DNA from: Alphaproteobacteria bacterium | Lineage (GTDB): Bacteria > Verrucomicrobiota > Verrucomicrobiia > Chthoniobacterales > UBA10450 | Assembly: GCA_050257575.1 (NCBI GenBank) | Contig: JBLMXD010000065.1 | Span: 1 to 28,918, forward strand | Length of the DNA stretch: 28,918 nucleotides | Reading direction: 5' to 3' | Shown: positions 8,231 through 16,564 of the stretch, piece after piece | Layout: every line of letters starts with the position of its first letter | Numbering within the stretch: position 1 is the first letter of the stretch | The notes under the pieces: model-generated | Databases searched by the model: none | What the model saw: only the letters and a program-made list of their open reading frames with translations | Told to the model about the DNA's origin: nothing | Made by a program: the position numbers and the translations under genes

Positions 8231-8635
8231 ATGCGGACAATCACCAACCACTATCGCGACGCGCAGATTTTGAATCTCGGTTCCGGTAGCGAACGCGGTC
8301 CGTACTTGGTGACGCAGACCGGCGTATCGCCTCGCGATCCAATACCAAAGACACGTATGTTTGTGCTTCGACCCGATGGCCACTGGGTCGATTTCAATGC
8401 CTACGCCTGCCAGGGCAAACCGGAAGCCATAGACGAGATTGTCTTCTCTACCACGACGCAAATCATGGAGACGTTTGGAAAATTGTTTGGTAAACCCCGG
8501 GTTGTCGATCTGCTCGTTGATGAAACGGGATTAAAGGAGTGGTTGGAACGCCAAAAAGATAGCAACCCATTAGAAGCAGCTCGGGCTTGGGCCGTTGGGC
8601 ACCGGGAGCGCCGCCGCCAAAAGCGTCGCGGTTAA
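8231..8635 (+). CDS. Hypothetical soluble protein (134 aa)
   Basis: Fills the gap between the efflux factor and SulP genes on the same strand; ATG start; protein-like composition; no motif recognised. Confidence 0.7.
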   Translation: MRTITNHYRDAQILNLGSGSERGPYLVTQTGVSPRDPIPKTRMFVLRPDGHWVDFNAYACQGKPEAIDEIVFSTTTQIMETFGKLFGKPRVVDLLVDETGLKEWLERQKDSNPLEAARAWAVGHRERRRQKRRG

Positions 8636-8649
8636 ACTCACTCAATAGT

Positions 8650-10386
8650 ATGGGCACGGAAACGGCCGCGACGAAACACAGTGTCGAATCGCGAAGCGCG
8701 GTTCGCTCTGGATGGGATGACATGTTTCCCGTCCTGGCCTGGTTGCGTGCTTACCAACCTAAGTGGCTGCGGGCAGATTTAATCGCAGGTGTCACCCTTG
8801 CTGCATACCTCATGCCCGCGGGGCTTGCAGATGCGTCGCTGGCAAATGTGCCCCCTGAAGCGGGACTCTATGCCTGCCTCTTTTCCGGTCTTGTTTTCTG
8901 GTTGTTTTGTAGCTCCCGACACACAGCTATTACAGTCACATCCGCTATCTCGGTGCTAGTAGGCGCATCGCTCGGCGATCTGGCTGGAGGGGACGCATCA
9001 CGGTTTTGGGCACTGGCCTCATGCACGGCGTTGATTGTCGGCGTACTCGCTTTCATCGCGTGGCTGGCCAAGGCAGGCGTAATCGTGAACTTCATTTCCG
9101 AAAGCGTCCTCGTCGGATTCAAGTGCGGTATCTCCTTGTTTATAGCTAGTACCCAGTTGCCGAAGCTCTTTGGGTTTAAAGGATCGCACGGCGATTTTTG
9201 GGGACGCTCGGGTTACTTCTTTTCCCACCTCGGTGAAACAAACGAGGCTTCGCTGCTGCTCGGTCTCTGCGCTTTGGCGTTATTGTTGTTAGGCAAACGA
9301 TTTCTCAAGAATAAACCTGTAGCTCTCTTCGTGGTAATCGCCGGGATTCTGGCCGCTGCGAGTATGAATCTCGGGAACCTCGGCGTGAAACTGCTAGGCG
9401 AAGTGCCACAGGGAATGCCGCCATTCGGTCTTCCGGCAGTGCACGCGTCCGACCTCAATGATCTGTTGCCACTGGCGCTGGCTTGTTTTCTTCTTGGCGC
9501 GGTCGAAAGCGCCGCCATTGGTCGCATGTTCGCGGCAAAGCACGGCTATCGTTTCGATGCGAACCAGGAATTACTAGGTATCGCGGGCGGAAACGTCGTG
9601 GCCGGACTGGGCCACGGCTTTCCTGTTAGCGGCGGGATGTCCCAATCCCTGGTGAACGAAAGCGGCGGTGCGCGCACGCCGTTGTCGGGATTTATTGCTG
9701 CCCTACTGATGTTGCTCATCGTGTTATTCCTATCAGGCGTATTGCGTTACCTTCCGCAACCGGTACTCGCAGCGGTCGTGCTCATGGCTGTAACAGGTCT
9801 CTTCAAGCTGACAGCACTTAAACATTTCTGGCGCGCGGACCGCGAAGAGTTCGTGGTGGCTATCGCGGCTCTGCTTGGAGTGCTCGGTTCGGGCCTGTTA
9901 CGCGGTGTCCTGATCGGCGCAGTCATTTCGTTGGTCCAACTGCTGCGCCGCGTTTCACGGCCACACGTCGCGTTCCTGGGACGCATCCCCGGAACGCGCC
10001 GTTTCTCGGATCGCGCCCGCCATCCAGACAACGAATTAATTCCCGGCGTGTTGATTTTCCGGCCCGAGTCCGGCCTCGTTTATTTCAACGTAGACAATGT
10101 GTGCGACGCGATCCTGAGCCGCGTTCGCGCCGAGCCGACATTGCCGAAGCTGGTAGTGCTCGATCTCTCAGCTGCGCCGCGCGTGGACCTGCAAAGCGCA
10201 TATGCTCTGGGCGGCATGGCCGACGAGTTGACGGCCAAAGGCATCTGGTTCCAGGCGGTAGAACCGCGCGCCTCTGTGCGCGACCGCTTACGTAATGAAG
10301 GTGTGGACGGAAAACTGGGTGGTGTGAATCGCTTCACGACCGTGGCCGACGTCATCGATAATCTTCAGTCAGCGCAAAATGGCTGA
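8650..10386 (+). CDS. SulP/SLC26 anion transporter with STAS domain (copy 1)
   Basis: LRADLIAGVTLA...GLYA, ANQELLGIAGGN, FPVSGGMSQS, STAS segment LVVLDLSAAPRVD. Start is 8650 or 8722. Confidence 0.93.
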   Translation: MGTETAATKHSVESRSAVRSGWDDMFPVLAWLRAYQPKWLRADLIAGVTLAAYLMPAGLADASLANVPPEAGLYACLFSGLVFWLFCSSRHTAITVTSAISVLVGASLGDLAGGDASRFWALASCTALIVGVLAFIAWLAKAGVIVNFISESVLVGFKCGISLFIASTQLPKLFGFKGSHGDFWGRSGYFFSHLGETNEASLLLGLCALALLLLGKRFLKNKPVALFVVIAGILAAASMNLGNLGVKLLGEVPQGMPPFGLPAVHASDLNDLLPLALACFLLGAVESAAIGRMFAAKHGYRFDANQELLGIAGGNVVAGLGHGFPVSGGMSQSLVNESGGARTPLSGFIAALLMLLIVLFLSGVLRYLPQPVLAAVVLMAVTGLFKLTALKHFWRADREEFVVAIAALLGVLGSGLLRGVLIGAVISLVQLLRRVSRPHVAFLGRIPGTRRFSDRARHPDNELIPGVLIFRPESGLVYFNVDNVCDAILSRVRAEPTLPKLVVLDLSAAPRVDLQSAYALGGMADELTAKGIWFQAVEPRASVRDRLRNEGVDGKLGGVNRFTTVADVIDNLQSAQNG

Positions 10387-10430
10387 TGAGCTGAAACCAC
10401 TCCAAGCGGACTTGAGTATAACCGCGATAA

Positions 10431-10892
10431 ATGACCGATGAGAAGGTTAGCACCGTAATGATCGCGAACCTTTTAATTGCTTCGTGCCTGGTTGCGACCA
10501 CCGTTATAATTCACGCTGCTGGTCTCAGCATGGTATTGAGTCACGCTTTGCGTTCTACCGACCGGCCAGATACACGCTTTTGGTCAATTACATGGCTGCT
10601 GGTTCGGATCGCATGGTTCCTAATTGCTATTCACCTGTTTGAGATCGCGATATGGGCTTTGTTTTTTTGGTGGGAGAAATGTCTGCCGGACATGGAGTCG
10701 GCGTTCTATTTTTCCGGTGTGACTTATGCGACCCTCGGTTACGGCGACCTCCTCCTGCCAAAAGAATGGCGGCTTTTCGGGCCGCTTGAGGCGCTCACCG
10801 GCAGTCTAATGATTGGCCTGTCCATAGCATTTTTCTTCGCTGTACTGAGTAAAAGATTTCTGCAACGCGTCCCCGTCGATACCCAGAGCTGA
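10431..10892 (+). CDS. Small K+-channel-like pore protein (Ion_trans_2 type), no gating domain
   Basis: AFYFSGVTYATLGYGDL selectivity-filter motif flanked by TM helices. Confidence 0.88.
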   Translation: MTDEKVSTVMIANLLIASCLVATTVIIHAAGLSMVLSHALRSTDRPDTRFWSITWLLVRIAWFLIAIHLFEIAIWALFFWWEKCLPDMESAFYFSGVTYATLGYGDLLLPKEWRLFGPLEALTGSLMIGLSIAFFFAVLSKRFLQRVPVDTQS

Positions 10893-10927
10893 CCGCATGA
10901 ATTATTCAGCTATCGACATTTCATTTG

Positions 10928-12670
10928 ATGAGTCCGGATGACCGCGGAGTCGAACGAACGCCACTCAGCATGAACCGCTGGAAACGCTGGCTGCCCGGAC
11001 TGCAGATAGCGAGCGAATACAAAGCCGCTTGGTTTGCGGGCGATCTAATGGCGGGGCTGGTGCTGGCTACGATGCTAGTGCCGGTCGGCATCGCTTATGC
11101 GCTGGCTTCCGGTGTTCCAGGAATCTATGGGCTGTATGCCACTATCGTGCCCTTGCTCGCCTATGCGCTTTTTGGTCCCAGCCGCATTCTGGTGATGGCG
11201 CCGGATTCGGCCCTCGCCCCCGTAATTCTGGCGGTCGTGTTCCCTCTCTCGCGTGGCGATCCCACGCGTGCGGTAGCTCTCGCCAGTATGATGGCTGTCG
11301 TGTCAGGTCTGGCGTGCATCCTAATAGGTATGCTGCGCCTTGGCTTCGTAACCGAGCTTCTCTCCAAGCCTATCCGTTACGGCTACATGAACGGTATCGC
11401 GCTCACGGTGTTGATTAGTCAGCTGCCGAAGCTCTTCGGTTTCTCGATCGATGGCGCCGGTCCGTTGCGCGACGTTATGCGGATTGGGGAAGGCATCCTC
11501 GGCGGACGATCGAATTGGACGTCCTTCGCAATTGGCGCCGGCACACTCGCCGCGATTCTTTTGCTAAAGCCTTACAAGCGCATCCCGGGCCTTCTGCTTG
11601 CGGTGGTCGCTGCCACTGTCGTGGTCGGTGTATTGAACCTCGACGCCAACGCCGGCGTGAAGGTTCTCGGACCGCTTCCGCAAGGACTGCCATCGTTTGC
11701 ATTGCCTATGATCAATTTTGCTCAACTCAACGACGTCATTATCGCTGGCTGCGCTGCCGCCATGGTGGCGTTCGCCGACACGAGCGTCTTGTCGCGAACG
11801 TACGCGGCCAGGATGCGCACGTCGGTTGATCCGAATCAGGAAATGATCGGCCTTGGAGCTGTCAATCTCGCCACCGGCCTTTTTCAAGGATTCCCGATCA
11901 GCAGCAGCTCGTCACGCACACCGATCGCCGAAGCGGCCGGTGCGAAGACGCAGCTCGCCGGAGTGGTGGGTGCCATCGCGGTCGCGCTCGTTCTCGTGTT
12001 CGCACCCGACCTGCTGAAGGATCTGCCCAGCAGCGCGCTCGCCGCGGTGGTGATCGCGGCGGCGATCGGCTTGTTCGAATTCGCAGACCTGCGCCGCATC
12101 TTTCGCATTCAGCAATGGGAGTTCTGGCTGTCCGTTGTCTGCTTTGTCGGCGTTGCGGTGTTGGGCGTAATTCCCGGCATCGGCATCGCGATTGTAATCG
12201 CGGTCATTGAGTTCCTGTGGGACGGCTGGCGGCCTCACTATGCAGTACTTGGGCGAGCCGAAGGTGTTCGAGGCTACCATGACATCATGCGATATCCCGG
12301 TGCGCGCCGCATTCCCGGCCTGGTGCTGTTTCGTTGGGACGCGCCCCTCTTTTTCGCCAACGCCGAGTTCTTCCACAAGCGCGTGCTTGAGGCCGTTGCA
12401 GAATCGCCGACTCCGGTGCGACGAATCATCGTGGCGGCCGAGCCTGTCACCAGCATCGATGTGACGTCGGCCGACATGCTGGCCGAGCTCCAACATTCTC
12501 TGGCAAAATCTGGGATCGAGTTCCGGTTCGCCGAGATGAAAGATCCGGTCAAGGACAAGCTGAAACGCTTCGAACTATTCGATCGCTTCGGCGCCGCCGA
12601 CTTTTATCCGACGATAGGTAGCGCCGTAGACGCTTACCTCGAGGAGCATGCGGTCGACTGGACGCCTTGA
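10928..12670 (+). CDS. SulP/SLC26 anion transporter with STAS domain (copy 2)
   Basis: GDLMAGLVLATMLVPVGIAYA, GLYATIVPLLAYALFGPSR, DPNQEMIGLGAVN, FPISSSSSRT, DAPLFFANA, AEPVTSIDVT. Start is 10928 or 10970. Confidence 0.94.
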   Translation: MSPDDRGVERTPLSMNRWKRWLPGLQIASEYKAAWFAGDLMAGLVLATMLVPVGIAYALASGVPGIYGLYATIVPLLAYALFGPSRILVMAPDSALAPVILAVVFPLSRGDPTRAVALASMMAVVSGLACILIGMLRLGFVTELLSKPIRYGYMNGIALTVLISQLPKLFGFSIDGAGPLRDVMRIGEGILGGRSNWTSFAIGAGTLAAILLLKPYKRIPGLLLAVVAATVVVGVLNLDANAGVKVLGPLPQGLPSFALPMINFAQLNDVIIAGCAAAMVAFADTSVLSRTYAARMRTSVDPNQEMIGLGAVNLATGLFQGFPISSSSSRTPIAEAAGAKTQLAGVVGAIAVALVLVFAPDLLKDLPSSALAAVVIAAAIGLFEFADLRRIFRIQQWEFWLSVVCFVGVAVLGVIPGIGIAIVIAVIEFLWDGWRPHYAVLGRAEGVRGYHDIMRYPGARRIPGLVLFRWDAPLFFANAEFFHKRVLEAVAESPTPVRRIIVAAEPVTSIDVTSADMLAELQHSLAKSGIEFRFAEMKDPVKDKLKRFELFDRFGAADFYPTIGSAVDAYLEEHAVDWTP

Positions 12671-12830
12671 GAATGCATTCCAGATCATCGCAGCGAGGCA
12701 CCTAACGAGACACATGATGCCACGGCGCCAGCGCAAGCTCCTCCTCATCGCACTGATTGGAGCGCGGTGAAGCGGCGATTTTGCTCCCCTTTTGCTCTCT
12801 CCGTCATCGGTGTGCAGCCTTCGATGGCTG

Positions 12831-12839
12831 TGTTACAAT
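12831..12839 (+). promoter_or_regulatory. Extended -10 promoter (TGtTACAAT), predicting a leaderless mRNA at ATG 12847
   Basis: TGn+TACAAT ends 7 nt before ATG 12847; no Shine-Dalgarno sequence is visible. Confidence 0.45.
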
Positions 12840-12846
12840 CGGCGTA

Positions 12847-13833
12847 ATGATTATGAAGCGCCATTTTTTCACCGCAACGCTCATAGCCGCCTGCTTCGCC
12901 TCTCCCGTCCTTGCCACGCCGCCCGGTAACCTGCAGCAATTGCATCTGGCTTTCGTGACGACCACGGGTCCCGCCGAGCCGGGCGACACGACTTTTTACA
13001 CGGTCGGGCAGAAGCAATTTGGCGTGGGCCGGCTCGCCTCAGTCGTCGACATCGACGGTGAGCAGGTGACGTTCGAGGTGCTGGTGAGCCTCGAGTACAC
13101 GGACGGCAGTGGACCTTTCACGGGATTTCTGTCGCTCCTGTGGCCGAACGGCGACGCCGTGGTCTGCCGCTACGACGGCGTGGTGGTGCGCGATGCGGCT
13201 GGCGACTCAAGATGGAATTCAAATTTGCACGTGATCGACGGCAGCGGTTCACTTACCAACGCCACCGGCAACGGCACGTTGTCGGGTTTCCGGAGCGCGG
13301 CGCTCGGCGGCTCCGTGGATTACGCCGTCGACCTTACCATCCACCCGCATAACGGCGGGCAGGGCGGCGGGGGCTCTGAGAACGCTAACGGAGGTTCGTC
13401 TGGCATCGAGTTCGGCAACCCAGGCGATATCGCGATCGACGTTGTTCTGACTGGTGCCCCCGAAGATCAACGTCTGCGAAACGTCGGGTTCGACGACTCT
13501 TTCCGCTATGGGATCTTCCGGATCGCCGGTGACGCGAGCGGACCCCTTCCAGCGCATGTCAGCGCACTGGGGACCCTCGGGTACCGGATGGGCAGTGGTC
13601 CGTTCGCGGGTTTCCTCGTGCTCGACTACGGTGGCGACCACGTTCTGTACTGCCGCTACGAGGGCCATACCACTCAGTTGTCCGTCGATTCGACGCGGAT
13701 CCTCGGTCGGCTCGATGTGATCGCTGGCACGGGTATGTTTGATGGCGCGCAGGGTCAGGGAGAAGTCCGGGCGCGCCGCGGCGGCCCGGTAGGCTCAACG
13801 CAATTAACATCGATCCGTCTGCGCCTGCACTGA
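12847..13833 (+). CDS. Secreted protein with two tandem dirigent/allene-oxide-cyclase-like beta-barrel domains
   Basis: Signal peptide MKRHFFTATLIAACFASPVLA. Internal repeat: GSGPFTGFLSLLWPNGDAVVCRYDG / GSGPFAGFLVLDYGGDHVLYCRYEG and VIDGSGSLTNATG / VIAGTGMFDGAQG. Gly-rich linker. CDS is solid; the fold call is inference. Confidence 0.75.
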   Translation: MIMKRHFFTATLIAACFASPVLATPPGNLQQLHLAFVTTTGPAEPGDTTFYTVGQKQFGVGRLASVVDIDGEQVTFEVLVSLEYTDGSGPFTGFLSLLWPNGDAVVCRYDGVVVRDAAGDSRWNSNLHVIDGSGSLTNATGNGTLSGFRSAALGGSVDYAVDLTIHPHNGGQGGGGSENANGGSSGIEFGNPGDIAIDVVLTGAPEDQRLRNVGFDDSFRYGIFRIAGDASGPLPAHVSALGTLGYRMGSGPFAGFLVLDYGGDHVLYCRYEGHTTQLSVDSTRILGRLDVIAGTGMFDGAQGQGEVRARRGGPVGSTQLTSIRLRLH

Positions 13834-13842
13834 ACGGGACTG

Positions 13843-13895
13843 CGTGGGGCGCTACGCCAGCGCCAGGCGAGAGCACATCGCCTCCACGTTTCTTT
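13843..13895 (+). terminator. Branched (three-way junction) hairpin followed by a U-rich tract; candidate intrinsic terminator
   Basis: CGTGG/CCACG closes two hairpins, GGCGCT/AGCGCC and AGGCGA/TCGCCT, then TTTCTTT; starts 10 nt after the stop at 13833. Confidence 0.45.
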
Positions 13896-13992
13896 CCAGC
13901 ATCGAGATAAAACTTCTTTTTCAGGTCTTCCTTGGCAAGGATCGCCGAGGATAAATCATAAGGAACGTGTTACACCCGACGTTTAACATCCA

Positions 13993-15324
13993 ATGGCCGA
14001 GACACGATGCTTCGGAGTATTGAGCCTCTCGAGGCGCTGGCAGGCAGCGCTGATTGTAATCATTGTCCTCGACACAACAGTTTCCAGGGCCAGTCCACCG
14101 GAATATCTTGCAGCTAGTCGCGAGCCGGCAGACAGCGCGAGCAAAGAAGTATCGCCGATTGAAGAACCATTTTTGCAACCAGCCGGCTGGCGATTGGCAG
14201 AGCCCAGCACCGAACCGTTTTTGAGCGATTCGGTCTTTAGCTTGGAGCCGCGGTTCTACAATCGTTATCTGGACGATGCCAATGGCGTGCAGGAAGCGTT
14301 TGCCGGAGGTGGCGCGCTGGGCCTAACGAGCGGCTGGTGGCGCGAAACTCTACAACTGGGCATCGTTGGCTACACCACTCAGCCGCTCGCGACGGGGCGC
14401 GATGCAGCCGGCGCCCAGCTCCTCCGGCCCAATGGCGATGGATTTTCCGTGCTTGGTCAAGTTTGGGGAAAACTGCATGCGGGTCCGGCGACCGCCACCC
14501 TGTTTCGTCAGGAGATGGAATTGCCATTCATAAATGGCGACGACAGCCGGATGATTCCAAATACGTTCGAGGCATATCGTCTCGACATAAAGCCATCGGA
14601 TATCTTCCGGTTTGGCGTAGCCTATGTGACACGCGAGAAGAGCAGGACCAGCGCAGAATTTCGCCCAATGTCGGAGGTCGCTGGTGTCCCTGGTGTCGAT
14701 CGGGGCACGAGCGTAATGGGTTTCCTCCTCGGCTCCAAAGACGCTACCTACATTGGTGCAATCAATGAATTGACCTGGGACCTGCTAAACATTGCCTATG
14801 TGGAAGCCAGCAAGACCTGGAAATTCTCGGACGACCTTCAATTGCGCGGCGAGCTGCAATTCATCGACCAGCAAAGTGTTGGTGATGAACTGCTGGGAGG
14901 TTTTGCTACCCAACTCTACGGCACATCTTTGATCGCAAGTTACCGCAGCGCTGTGCTGAGCGTGGGTTTTACAAGCACTGCCAATGGCTCAAAAGTCATG
15001 AAGCCATTCGGCGGGGTGCCGGCATTTAACTCGCTTATGATCTCCGATTTTGATGGAGCCGGGGAAAACTCCTGGCGCATAGGGCTGAGTTACGACTTTG
15101 CCCGGATCGGACTTACCGGGGTGAAGGCTTTCGCTAACTATGCGCACGGCGAACTTCCGGCAAGTCAGCACGAAGATGAAATCGACGGCACGATCGACTA
15201 CCGGATTGATCAGGGACCATTGAAGAATCTTTGGCTCCGCCTCCGATACGCGTACAACCCACGAAGCAACGAACCCGCGACTAACGACCTCCGCGCGATT
15301 CTCAACTACACTTTTACTTTTTGA
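13993..15324 (+). CDS. OprD-family outer-membrane porin
   Basis: GRQEMELPF-like segment, DSRMIPNTFE, FNSLMISDFDGAGENSWRIGLSYDF, KNLWLRLRYA; C-terminal Phe (NYTFTF). Confidence 0.87.
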   Translation: MAETRCFGVLSLSRRWQAALIVIIVLDTTVSRASPPEYLAASREPADSASKEVSPIEEPFLQPAGWRLAEPSTEPFLSDSVFSLEPRFYNRYLDDANGVQEAFAGGGALGLTSGWWRETLQLGIVGYTTQPLATGRDAAGAQLLRPNGDGFSVLGQVWGKLHAGPATATLFRQEMELPFINGDDSRMIPNTFEAYRLDIKPSDIFRFGVAYVTREKSRTSAEFRPMSEVAGVPGVDRGTSVMGFLLGSKDATYIGAINELTWDLLNIAYVEASKTWKFSDDLQLRGELQFIDQQSVGDELLGGFATQLYGTSLIASYRSAVLSVGFTSTANGSKVMKPFGGVPAFNSLMISDFDGAGENSWRIGLSYDFARIGLTGVKAFANYAHGELPASQHEDEIDGTIDYRIDQGPLKNLWLRLRYAYNPRSNEPATNDLRAILNYTFTF

Positions 15325-15450
15325 CCATTGCAGGACGCGACCGCGAGAATCAATTTTTTCCCGTGAAGAATCGAGCTAGCACGTCCCCCAATCACGATGC
15401 AAATGGCGCGACCCGCGATGACGTTGTGCAGAATCTTATTCCCGACCCGA

Positions 15451-15471
15451 GCGTTGAACACAACGCGTTGT
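15451..15471. promoter_or_regulatory. Overlapping inverted repeats upstream of the L,D-transpeptidase gene
   Basis: GCGTTG-aaca-CAACGC (15451-15466) overlaps the perfect 12-bp palindrome ACAACGCGTTGT (15460-15471). Confidence 0.3.
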
Positions 15472-15500
15472 ACAGTAATACTTCACGTTCGAATTACATC

Positions 15501-16499
15501 ATGAAGTTCCTAACCATTCTCGCAATCTCATTCGGTTTTCTCACCGCGTCGCAGGCGATGGACAAGCCGTCGTTTCATACCAAAGGTACACCCTCGGGCA
15601 AGCCGACCGGAACGCTCAAACCGGGCGAGTACTGGTGGAACCCGCAGCTGTCTCCCAGTGGCCCTGTAGTTGTCCTGGTCAGCATTCCGCAGCAGACCAT
15701 GCATGTGTATCGCAACGGCATTTTGATCGGTCGCTCCACTGTAAGCACCGGGACAAAAGGCCATTCCACACCCGGTGGCGTGTTCAGCATCCTCGAGAAG
15801 CAGCAGTCGCATCGTTCGAAAACGTATAACAATGCGCCAATGCCTTACATGCAACGGCTCACCTGGAGTGGCATCGCCATGCACTCGGGCCAACTGCCCG
15901 GTTATCCCGCAAGCCATGGCTGTATCCGCCTGCCTTATGATTTCTCTCAATTACTTTTCAAAGCGACAGCAAAAGGCGGCACAGTAGTCGTTGGTGATGG
16001 AAAAACGCCAACACCACATCTTGCTTCGAATCCGGGTTTGCTATTGGCGCCAAAGGATTTCACGCCGGACATGGTCCACCGATTGGCCAAGGACGAATAT
16101 GACTGGAGGCCAGAGCGCAGCACCCAGGGACCAATCACTATCGTGGTAAGCTCGGCCGACAAGGCACTGTATGTATATCGCAACGGCAATCCCATCGGAC
16201 GCGCGGCAGTTCAAGTCAGTGGCCAAGGAGGCCTCGGCAACAGCGTATTTACGTTACTCGAAGGCCACACCGGAAAACCAAGCCAACTCGCGCCTGGACA
16301 CGAGGCAGGCAACTGGATGCGTGTGACCAGTCAGGGCCGACCTATTGAGGCAGATGAAATTGCGTCCAGAATCCGTTTCAACACGGAGTTTGCACAAAAG
16401 CTCGCGGACGAGATCAAGCCAGGCACAACAGTCATTGTCACAGATCACCCCGTTGTGCGGAATCCCGTCGCCGACTCCACAGTCTTTGCTGCCAACTAG
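15501..16499 (+). CDS. L,D-transpeptidase (YkuD family) with a second, degenerate YkuD-like domain
   Basis: Signal peptide MKFLTILAISFGFLTASQA; catalytic GIAMHSG...PASHGCIRL. Start placed at ATG 15501. Confidence 0.92.
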   Translation: MKFLTILAISFGFLTASQAMDKPSFHTKGTPSGKPTGTLKPGEYWWNPQLSPSGPVVVLVSIPQQTMHVYRNGILIGRSTVSTGTKGHSTPGGVFSILEKQQSHRSKTYNNAPMPYMQRLTWSGIAMHSGQLPGYPASHGCIRLPYDFSQLLFKATAKGGTVVVGDGKTPTPHLASNPGLLLAPKDFTPDMVHRLAKDEYDWRPERSTQGPITIVVSSADKALYVYRNGNPIGRAAVQVSGQGGLGNSVFTLLEGHTGKPSQLAPGHEAGNWMRVTSQGRPIEADEIASRIRFNTEFAQKLADEIKPGTTVIVTDHPVVRNPVADSTVFAAN

Positions 16500-16564
16500 C
16501 GCATCGCGACTTCTGGCAGCAAGATTCCTGACTTGCGCGCCGCTGGCAAACCGATGTTCGCTGC

